From NCBI GenBank assembly GCA_964348295.1, contig CAYGBV010000061.1, positions 23,694 to 87,693 on the forward strand: DNA of 64,000 nucleotides, in the 5' to 3' direction. A program made the translations under genes and the position numbers. This DNA is from an uncultured Gemmatimonadaceae bacterium. Lineage in GTDB: Bacteria > Gemmatimonadota > Gemmatimonadetes > Gemmatimonadales > GWC2-71-9. Below are positions 30,217 through 37,491 of this stretch, one piece after another. The notes beneath the pieces were generated by a model. It was not told where the DNA came from. It did no database searches and worked only from the letters and a program-made list of their open reading frames with translations. Within the stretch, counting starts at the first letter, position 1; each line of letters starts with the position of its first letter.

Positions 30217-32919
30217 TCACCTCCCCACCCTCACCTTCAACTCCTCGAACCAGCTCACTATCACATGAAGTCGGACGGCGCCTCGCCGTATCATGAGGAA
30301 GTTCTCGCCGGTTGGGTCGACGTCGTAGCTAAGATCGGACCCATAGCCCACGAAGGTGCGGCTGAACTCGGAGTCGTCAAACAGTCGCCGTATTACGACC
30401 TGGACGCCGTCCTTCACGTTGATCGTGGCGGAGTACATTCCGTCGGGTGCCCGGTAGAAGAGTTCTGGGCCAACCGGGGACCATACAACCTCCTGTGCAC
30501 CTCCACTCGAAACCGGCTCCCGTCCCCCCGACCCGTCGGCTCGCCGTACGTACACTTCGCGCTCTCCAGATTCGTCTGAGATGTACGCCAGCAACTGGCC
30601 GTCGGCCGAGACCGCAGGGTAATCCTCGTCCGCCGTAGTCTGATAGAAGACCTCGGGGTCGCTCTGGCCGTCTGTCTGAACGAAGACGAGGTCGAATCCC
30701 TGCGTGTTCTGACCGCGAAGTGCGAGGTGGAGACGACTACCGTCAGGGGTGAACGAGAGGCCACTGATGTTGCTGCCGACACTGAACTGGGCGATGGGAC
30801 GGATAGGGCTCGACAGATCGACCGTCTGCGCATTGATGCTCACACCTGAGCTATCTGTTGTTTGGAAGGCAATGCTCGATCCACCGGGCATCCACACCGG
30901 TTGGGAGTCATTGTTAGAGTACGTCACCCGAGCTTCGCTAGTCCCGTCCGGCAAAAAGATCCAAATGTTTCGGCCATCCTCATTGAGGACGGTAGCTGCG
31001 ATGCGGCTACCATCCGGTGAAATGCGGACGCCGAGAACATTTCTCGGATCTAAGGGAAGCGGGCGCACATTGCCGTCTCGCGTGACCCAGACCAGCTCGT
31101 TGTCTCGCGCCCCGGAACCCTTCAGGTAGGCAACGTTGCCTACATTCGACACGGCGATCCGGCCTACGCCGTCGATTGCCGTCTGTACGTTCTCCAACAT
31201 CGGCACGGCTGATCCTGTAAGCTCAAGGGCCTTAAGGTCGAAGGGCGCAACCAGCGCCGCCCCGTCGTCCCTGGAGTAGAGAAGATGGCCGGAGGGAAGG
31301 ACCCAGCCCCGCGTGGCATCGTCCACCAAGCGCCGGACTTCACCTTTCTCGAAGTCGAGCACGTGGAGTCCAAGGTCATCGATGCAACCTGAGGATTCAC
31401 ACGCCTGAAAAATGATCCCTCGGCCGTTTGGGACGTACGTCGGCCACTGCGCAACTCCGCCCCAGTGAGCAGGCAGGTGCGATTCCATCTGCTCACCGTT
31501 CTCTCCCACCCACTCGATTCTTTGAGCGGTTCCGATGCTCGCGTAGACGATTGCGCCGTCCGGCCCCCAGCTCGCGGTTCCCCTCTGGTGACGTGCGTTG
31601 GACGCCAAGAGGACGGAGGCGCCCCCGCTCTGGGGGATCTTCCGGAGCTCGCGATCCACCTTGAACCCGACCCACTCACCGTCTGGAGAAAAAAAGACGG
31701 ACATTGCCCCGTCCGTGTTGGCGAGCTTCCGAGGCCGGAAGTCGCCCATCCCTCTCAGGTACACGGCCTGGGCCTCATCCGAAGGGCCTCGACCGATGAA
31801 CGCCAGCGTCTGGCCATCCGGGGAGAACGCCAGCGGATCACCACCGAGGGACGCGATGATCCGCACGTCCTCGGGAGCAAGATGTAAGCGGAGTCCGGGA
31901 GCACCGGCGATGGGTGGCGCAGGACGCAACCAACCCCAAAGAGCGACGACGGCGAGCAGGGCCGCGAGGCCCGCCATCCCAATCGCCAGCCGGTTCCACG
32001 GCCCCTTGCGCAGCGGTACCGCCGCCGCACCGGCGACGCTCGGCAGCGTGAACGCAGGGTCGGTGAGGGCGCGGGCGAACTCGGCGCCGCTCGCAAAGCG
32101 ATCCGCCGGTGTCTTGGACAACGCACACTGCACCGCTGCCTCCACGTTGCCCGGCACTGCCTCGCGCACTCGCTGGATCGGCTGCGGCGTCACCGACACC
32201 ACCTTGGCGATGATCGCCTGCACCGTGTTCCCCGTATGGGGCGGCTCCCCCACCAGCATCTCGTACACCACCGCGCCCAGGGAATACAGGTCACTGCGCG
32301 CCGTCAGCTCCCGCTCCCCCGTGGCCTGCTCCGGGCTCATGTACTCCGGCGTCCCCAGCGAGAGGCCCGTGTCGGTGAGCCGTGTGCCGCCCGCCGCGCT
32401 CACCGCCAGCGCGATCCCGAAATCGGCCACCAGCGCCTCACCCTGGTGAATCAGGATGTTCTCGGGCTTGATGTCGCGGTGGATCACCCCCGCCTGGTGC
32501 GCGTAGTCCAGTGCCGCAGCCACCTGCTGGGTGAGCGCAATCGTCTCATCCAGCGCCAGCTGCTTCTCGCGGTTGAGCTTGCTGCGCAATGACTCCCCCG
32601 CCACGTGGGGCATCACGTAGTAGACGAAGCCCTCGGCCTCGCCCGAGTCGTGGAGGGCCAAAATGTGGGGGTGGTTGAGCTTGGCGGCGATGCGGATCTC
32701 ACGCAGGAAGCGCTCGCTGCCCAGCACGGCCGAAAGCTCTGGACGGAGCACCTTGAGCGCGACCTCACGGTCGTGCTTGAGGTCGTGGGCGAGATAGACC
32801 GTAGCCATCCCACCGCTACCAAGCTCACGCTCGATGGCGTAGCGGTCGGCGAGGGCAGCCTTGAAACGTTCGAGGAGGTCGGTCACTGTGGCAACCGCGC
32901 CGGCTCTGAGCACTAACAT
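30217..32919 (-). CDS. Ser/Thr protein kinase fused to a TolB-like (PD40) beta-propeller
   Basis: N-terminal Hanks kinase (GSGGMATVY, VALK, HRDIKPENILI, DFGIA, SPEQ), one TM (LAIGMAGLAALLAVVALWGW), then repeated FSPDG-type blades (FSPDGQTLAF, FFSPDGEWVGF, ISPDGSRIA, FTPDGSRLH, VSADGQLLAY). Confidence 0.9.
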   Translation of the reverse strand: MLVLRAGAVATVTDLLERFKAALADRYAIERELGSGGMATVYLAHDLKHDREVALKVLRPELSAVLGSERFLREIRIAAKLNHPHILALHDSGEAEGFVYYVMPHVAGESLRSKLNREKQLALDETIALTQQVAAALDYAHQAGVIHRDIKPENILIHQGEALVADFGIALAVSAAGGTRLTDTGLSLGTPEYMSPEQATGERELTARSDLYSLGAVVYEMLVGEPPHTGNTVQAIIAKVVSVTPQPIQRVREAVPGNVEAAVQCALSKTPADRFASGAEFARALTDPAFTLPSVAGAAAVPLRKGPWNRLAIGMAGLAALLAVVALWGWLRPAPPIAGAPGLRLHLAPEDVRIIASLGGDPLAFSPDGQTLAFIGRGPSDEAQAVYLRGMGDFRPRKLANTDGAMSVFFSPDGEWVGFKVDRELRKIPQSGGASVLLASNARHQRGTASWGPDGAIVYASIGTAQRIEWVGENGEQMESHLPAHWGGVAQWPTYVPNGRGIIFQACESSGCIDDLGLHVLDFEKGEVRRLVDDATRGWVLPSGHLLYSRDDGAALVAPFDLKALELTGSAVPMLENVQTAIDGVGRIAVSNVGNVAYLKGSGARDNELVWVTRDGNVRPLPLDPRNVLGVRISPDGSRIAATVLNEDGRNIWIFLPDGTSEARVTYSNNDSQPVWMPGGSSIAFQTTDSSGVSINAQTVDLSSPIRPIAQFSVGSNISGLSFTPDGSRLHLALRGQNTQGFDLVFVQTDGQSDPEVFYQTTADEDYPAVSADGQLLAYISDESGEREVYVRRADGSGGREPVSSGGAQEVVWSPVGPELFYRAPDGMYSATINVKDGVQVVIRRLFDDSEFSRTFVGYGSDLSYDVDPTGENFLMIRRGAVRLHVIVSWFEELKVRVGR

Positions 32920-33310
32920 ATAGCCCGCCGACGGTTGAGACCATTTAACGCTCTACGAGGGGCGGCTCCCGCTTCACCCGGACGGGCCGGAGGCCGCAGA
33001 CGCTGAGGATTGTCTGTTCACTTGGCAAGCGTAACCCCTTATCCCGCAACCACTTATCAACCAGTGTGTCCGAAATGTGCCCCTTGCGTCACCCACTGTT
33101 CGGCTGCAAGCCACCCTCTCCCCCCCTCCCCGGCCTGTGCTGGATCGTGCCTCCTAGAGCCACTGAGGCACCTATCTGAGGCCTTACGGCACCGCCGCCG
33201 AGAGTCGCCGCAACTGATCAAAGCTCCTGGGTCCCATAGGTCTTGTCCCCAGCCAGACTGACACCGGGCTCTGACGCCAAGGGGAATGGTCCCTGCATCA
33301 CGCAGGGGGC

Positions 33311-33377
33311 GTTTGTCCAACCGAGGTCGCTGCAGGGTTCAACCGGATGTCAACAGCAAGACGCCCGGCGCGGGCGG
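33311..33377. repeat. ~65-nt conserved intergenic motif, copy 2
   Basis: See 29275..29340. Lies in the 656-bp non-coding gap upstream of the kinase-TolB gene. Confidence 0.7.
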
Positions 33378-33521
33378 TGTGAAATGGGCGCAGGGTGGGC
33401 CTCGGTGGCGACGGCGTCGTGGCGGTACCCCAGGTGGTCGGCGGCGTAGGCCAACACCTCCACGAGCGCGATCCCAGGATCGGCCGGATTGTGCTCCGTC
33501 CACTCGGGATTGGCGGCCCAG

Positions 33522-33552
33522 AAACACCAGCGCCCGGCGCGGGGCCGGGCGC
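33522..33552 (-). terminator. GC hairpin plus short U-run downstream of 33576..34004
   Basis: The minus strand reads GCGCCCGGC-CCCGC-GCCGGGCGC then TGGTGTTTC. It is a member of a hairpin family repeated at least 5 times in the island. Confidence 0.55.
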
Positions 33553-33575
33553 AGCGCAGGTACCCGTGAAGTGGC

Positions 33576-34004
33576 CTACTTGACCTGCTGGTAGATGTTG
33601 TCGCGGTGGATGGTGTTCGCGAAAACCCAGTTCACACCCTCGTTGAACGCGGCACGGCGAACTGAATCCGGCTCGACCTCCCGGAACACCGCCTGAGCCC
33701 AGCCGGGTTCTGAGTTCGCCCAAGCATCCCAGGACCTATAGGTCCTCGTGATCACGACGTTCCACTCGTCCGCCATCAAGTGCACCCAAAGCTGGCGGTC
33801 GAGGATGTGCCCCAACTCCTGGGCTTTCGGCAACCACTCCGGGTACATCCCCCACAATGTCCTGAGGCTGTCTACCCGTTCCCACGGCACTTGGTGGCTG
33901 CTGGTGTGGACGACTGGATTCTCGGCCTCCTGCACCCTGAGCGCGGGCGCAGCAGCGATTGCTCCGAGCAGAAGTGTGGAGGTAAGAAGGATGGCACGAC
34001 GCAT
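33576..34004 (-). CDS. exported hypothetical protein (142 aa)
   Basis: Strong SD (AAGGAGG) 6 nt upstream of the ATG; signal peptide MRRAILLTSTLLLGAIAAAPALRVQ. Confidence 0.75.
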   Translation of the reverse strand: MRRAILLTSTLLLGAIAAAPALRVQEAENPVVHTSSHQVPWERVDSLRTLWGMYPEWLPKAQELGHILDRQLWVHLMADEWNVVITRTYRSWDAWANSEPGWAQAVFREVEPDSVRRAAFNEGVNWVFANTIHRDNIYQQVK

Positions 34005-34029
34005 GGTGTTCCTCCTTGTGTAAGACCGG

Positions 34030-34225
34030 CGTCGGTGGCCCTACGGTCTCGTCGTCGGTGGGCGTCCAGATGGAGGGCGTCGCTCTGGCAGCGGGCCGTC
34101 GAGGCCATCGGCGGTTCGACGGATGGTGTCAATGTGTCGCGGGGGACACGGGCTGCAAGAGTGAAATTGCACAGGATTTGTTCAGATTGGCCGCCCAAAA
34201 ACACCAGCGCCCGGCGCGGGGCCGG
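34030..34225 (-). repeat. ~196-bp upstream control module, copy A
   Basis: Aligns with 36957..37155 along its whole length (about 80% identical by eye). Lies immediately upstream of the 33576..34004 gene. Confidence 0.85.
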
Positions 34226-34270
34226 TGGATGCGGTTGACCCGCTGGACCTGTTCTAGCCCCCGCGCTGGC

Positions 34271-34299
34271 TGGACGGACTGACGGCGATGTGACATTAT
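34271..34299 (+). promoter_or_regulatory. candidate sigma70-type promoter giving a leaderless transcript
   Basis: TGGACG (-35), 17-nt spacer, then TGaCATTAT (extended -10) ending 7 nt before the ATG at 34307. Confidence 0.35.
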
Positions 34300-34306
34300 C
34301 TTGGCG

Positions 34307-34606
34307 ATGGACCTACTGTTTGTCATCGTCGGTGCCATAGCACTTGTGCCTGTGGCCCTACTGGTGGGGGTATCCGCCACCCAACTCTTGATTCGCGTGA
34401 TCCTACACTGGGACACGTCCAAACCTCCACCATCATATCGGGTCAAGCTTCTTGGGGTGGAATTAGGGCTGATCTCGGAAGCGTCCGACAAGATCATTGA
34501 AACTCAGGAACGGCAGGCCGCAGAAATAAAGCAACTGAAAGCACAAGTCTTTAAGTTACAACTAGAACGCAGATTACTACGGAAGCAGAAAGATGAGGAG
34601 ACCTGA
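34307..34606 (+). CDS. small membrane-anchored coiled-coil protein (hypothetical)
   Basis: 99 aa: N-terminal hydrophobic segment (LLFVIVGAIALVPVALLVGVSATQLLIRVIL), then a charged heptad region (QERQAAEIKQLKAQVFKLQLERRLLRKQK). Low-G+C codons. A TTG at 34301 is an alternative start. Confidence 0.6.
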   Translation: MDLLFVIVGAIALVPVALLVGVSATQLLIRVILHWDTSKPPPSYRVKLLGVELGLISEASDKIIETQERQAAEIKQLKAQVFKLQLERRLLRKQKDEET

Positions 34607-34814
34607 CGGCACTTGGTACGATCTAGCCGACGAACTGCGAGAAACCTATGGGTTGTCGCACGAGGAGGCTTCGCAGATTGTAGATGACCCCGAACTTAAG
34701 CACCTGGCGCATAGTTTCTTAGCGGCCAGTAGTTCATCGGAACACTCCCTCTCAGAGGCGAAACAGGCGGTCACGCGTCTGAGAGACTTACTACATGACC
34801 GTAGCGGGGGCTAA
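34593..34814 (+). CDS. small acidic hypothetical protein (73 aa)
   Basis: The ATG lies inside the last 14 nt of the upstream gene (ATGAGGAGACCTGA). Same low-G+C composition, followed by a canonical terminator. Confidence 0.55.
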   Translation: MRRPDGTWYDLADELRETYGLSHEEASQIVDDPELKHLAHSFLAASSSSEHSLSEAKQAVTRLRDLLHDRSGG

Positions 34815-34856
34815 CCCTCCCCACAGAGGGACAATCCCCGCTCCGACCCGGCATGA

Positions 34857-34883
34857 CGGCCCCCTAAAGGGGCCGTTCTTCTT
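34857..34883 (+). terminator. rho-independent terminator
   Basis: CGGCCCC-CTAAA-GGGGCCG followed by TTCTTCTT, 43 nt after the stop at 34814. Confidence 0.7.
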
Positions 34884-35009
34884 GCTGAGAACTACCCGAA
34901 AACGACAGCGCCCGGCGCGGGGCCGGGCGCGTAGTAGATACGGACGGCGACTAAAGGCTTCAGATGAATTCTATCCATCCCCCGTAGGGCGCCGTTGGAG
35001 CACTCGTGC

Positions 35010-35672
35010 CTAGGAGAAAGACAATGTAACAGTTGCTAGGATTGACTGCCCCGTCACCACGGAGATGCGCGGGCTAAAGAAACCGCCCTCCGTAAATAAC
35101 CCCGCTCGCGTGGCGTTGCCCACACAAGCTGACGGTGTCGTGTCGCCCCCGTCGCAAGAACTCAATGTAGTCCTCACCAAATACACCTCACCGTCCCTTT
35201 GAGCAGTCGCAGTTCCGCTGAGGATCACCGTCGGGTCTCCCGTCGTGCCACCCCGTTCTACGGTAAGCGTTGGGAAATACGGCCCTTCCTGTCCGGCTGA
35301 TGGGTCTGTGCTCTCTATGATGTGACAGGGGAGCCCTTGAAAGGGAGCCCCGCAGGGATGGTTTTCCTGTGTGCCGGCTTCCAACCTGATAGACCAGTTA
35401 CTGGGCACCCGATCGCGGACAAGCATATCGGCCAGTGTCACCCGACCCGATGTGGTCAAGCTATTCCGAAACTCATAAGTCGCCACCAAGGACCCATCAG
35501 GATTTCGCACCTCGATAACCCAGTGGCCATGCACTTTGATTCCCTGCTCTACGTCGTCTGCCCCAGTCGGCACACCCTGCGCCATCGCCGGGGCAGACAG
35601 AGACAGACACGTGGTGAACAACACCGCGAGTGCCGCAACTGGCCGGAGTAGAAATACGGCTTTCCCAATCAT
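35010..35672 (-). CDS. exported hypothetical protein (220 aa)
   Basis: GGGAGG SD upstream of the ATG at 35672; signal peptide MIGKAVFLLRPVAALAVLFTTCLSLSAPAMAQ; Cys/Gly/Thr-rich mature part. A GTG at 35750 overlapping the upstream stop is an alternative start. Confidence 0.65.
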   Translation of the reverse strand: MIGKAVFLLRPVAALAVLFTTCLSLSAPAMAQGVPTGADDVEQGIKVHGHWVIEVRNPDGSLVATYEFRNSLTTSGRVTLADMLVRDRVPSNWSIRLEAGTQENHPCGAPFQGLPCHIIESTDPSAGQEGPYFPTLTVERGGTTGDPTVILSGTATAQRDGEVYLVRTTLSSCDGGDTTPSACVGNATRAGLFTEGGFFSPRISVVTGQSILATVTLSFS

Positions 35673-35746
35673 GCTTGCCTCCCAGGTCGGGCAGCTTGTA
35701 CGCACTGCCGCTCTTGGCCTTTGCCTATCATCATCAATCTCAACGC

Positions 35747-36280
35747 TCACTGCGGGGACACCACCGGCTGATCGCTCACCGTGATGGTCTCCGTCACGTG
35801 AATCACCACCCCGGGTACGAGCGTCGGTACGTCGCTCACCGTGATCACCTCGGTCACATCAATCACTACCGTCGGGAGTGGCTCCACTGCCGTTGCCGTG
35901 AAGTTACCGAACACGAGCTTCTCACCGTCGGAACTCACGGCCCGTGCCTCCAACGCCTGCGGGCCCGGTGCCCCGAGCGTCCAGCGTTCGGCGGCGTACC
36001 CCAAGGCGTCCGTGAGGGCTGCGCCGGCGAAGACTGAACCTCCACCCTCCGTCACCACGAAGTTGACGATCTGATTCGGTATGCCGGCCTGCGAGTTGCC
36101 GCGATACACCTTCACTACAATCGGTTCAGTAAGCTCCGTATACGGCGGACCCTCTTGCCCATCACCTGATACCACGAGCAGTTGCAGGTCGGCTGAATCA
36201 TCGACGTCAGTGGGCTGGTCTTCGCAGGCGGGGATTGCGAGAACGAGGGCGACCGTGATGAGAGTCCGACGGTGGCGCAT
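35747..36280 (-). CDS. lipoprotein with Ig-like (Big-type) domain and C-terminal 13-aa repeats
   Basis: Lipobox LVLAIPAC. LLVVSGDGQEG...IVVKVYRGNSQAGIPNQIVNFVVTEGGG resembles bacterial Ig-like domains. Tandem VVIDVTEVITVSD / VVIHVTETITVSD. GGAGG SD before the ATG at 36280. Confidence 0.7.
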   Translation of the reverse strand: MRHRRTLITVALVLAIPACEDQPTDVDDSADLQLLVVSGDGQEGPPYTELTEPIVVKVYRGNSQAGIPNQIVNFVVTEGGGSVFAGAALTDALGYAAERWTLGAPGPQALEARAVSSDGEKLVFGNFTATAVEPLPTVVIDVTEVITVSDVPTLVPGVVIHVTETITVSDQPVVSPQ

Positions 36281-36447
36281 GGTACACCTCCCTGCTGCAC
36301 AGCTTCCGCCCCACCATGGAGCCGCACGCTTGGGCCCGAAAGAGTCGCGAGGGCGCAACGCCGCCAACGTAATCCCTATCTCTGTGGCGAAATAGAGTAA
36401 TTCCGCTCGGGATTCGGCGGCTCGGGCAGCAGCGGCCCGGAAACGAA

Positions 36448-36468
36448 GCGCCCGGCGCGGGGCCGGGC
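36448..36468 (-). terminator. GC hairpin downstream of 36497..36919
   Basis: Same GCCCGGCGCGGGGCCGGGC hairpin family, 29 nt after the stop. Confidence 0.45.
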
Positions 36469-36496
36469 ACGGCACGAGCCAGCGTAGCACCAACCG

Positions 36497-36919
36497 TCAG
36501 TTTTCCGGCCAAGTAGCAGCTATGTGGGCGGCAAGCACCGCGAGGCCCACCACGGCCAACCCTGCGACCACGACGAGCGCCGTCTTCCCAACCTCGGTCT
36601 CCTCGACGGCGATGCTCGACACATCGGCAAGGGCAACGCTCGCCTGCTGTCCGAGAAGGAATAGGTCGCCTTGCACAGAGCTGGGGTATTCCTTCCCGAT
36701 GCAAACCCCTCGGAGCGAGTCACCAGATACTCGGGGCTCCTCTATCACGACTTTGATGCTGTCGGTTCGCGTCACACGGACCTTTGAGGGCTCCTGCTCG
36801 GCCACCAATTGTTCCGGACTCACCTCCTGTGTCTTCCAAGAGAAACACGCAGCGAGGTAGCACGGCAGCAGCGCGAACGCCACGAAGCGCCGGACTGGTC
36901 GATGGGCAATCGTTCGCAT
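36497..36919 (-). CDS. lipoprotein/membrane hypothetical protein (140 aa)
   Basis: Lipobox-like CYLAAC after a basic N-terminus; C-terminal TM (TALVVVAGLAVVGLAVLAAHIA). Confidence 0.65.
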   Translation of the reverse strand: MRTIAHRPVRRFVAFALLPCYLAACFSWKTQEVSPEQLVAEQEPSKVRVTRTDSIKVVIEEPRVSGDSLRGVCIGKEYPSSVQGDLFLLGQQASVALADVSSIAVEETEVGKTALVVVAGLAVVGLAVLAAHIAATWPEN

Positions 36920-36956
36920 AGTCCCTGCTCCGAATCAGGAAGGTTCACACACTTCC

Positions 36957-37155
36957 CGTCGGTGGTCTGGCGGTCGCGTCGTCGGTCTGGCGTCCAGGTG
37001 GAGGGCGTCGCTCTGGCAGCGGGGCCGTCGAGGCCACGCGGCGGTTCGACGGATGCGGCTAATGTGTCGCCGGGGACACCGCTCGCAAGGGGAAATCTGA
37101 ACCGGGTTTGTTCAGTTTAGCGGCCTGGAAACACCAGCGCCCGGCACGGGGCCGG
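36957..37155 (-). repeat. ~196-bp upstream control module, copy B
   Basis: See 34030..34225. Lies immediately upstream of the 36497..36919 gene. Confidence 0.85.
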
Positions 37156-37224
37156 CGAACTGAGATAGCCGCCCTTCCTGGGACACTACATATTCGCGGC
37201 GTGACCTCTTGGGGGGGTGTTGCC

Positions 37225-37491
37225 ATGACCGAGCCGACACGTCCTGAGCTGCTGCGGGGCCGACTCCCGCAGAAGAAGATGCTCCTACCACTAGCTGTCC
37301 CGGTACTTACAGTCGAGTGGGCGTTAGAGTGGATCGACTACGCCACGAGCCAGATGGCCCTGTTCCACGTCCTGGGGAACCTCGCTCGATTGTCGATCCT
37401 TGTGGCCGTCGTCTCGTACTTCATGAGCGCCGACGAACGACGTGAAGCGGCCGAGAATGCGAAGAAGGCGAAGCATTATCAAGCGTGGTAG
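37225..37491 (+). CDS. N-terminal membrane segment of a split pentapeptide-repeat protein
   Basis: 88 aa with 2 TM, ending ...KAKHYQAW then TAG. Same reading frame as the next ORF. Confidence 0.55.
   Translation: MTEPTRPELLRGRLPQKKMLLPLAVPVLTVEWALEWIDYATSQMALFHVLGNLARLSILVAVVSYFMSADERREAAENAKKAKHYQAW

Noticed and set aside
33010-33723. ORFs of 83-141 aa in the gap between the kinase-TolB gene and 33576..34004
   Set aside because: They have no SD. They overlap the repeat elements or the real exported-protein gene on the opposite strand, and their Pro/Arg/Gly-rich composition is not protein-like.
37108-37224. Upstream extension of the pentapeptide N-terminal ORF
   Set aside because: It lies within repeat copy B and the GC hairpin. 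The ATG at 37225 has a G-rich ribosome-binding region and begins the hydrophobic protein proper.
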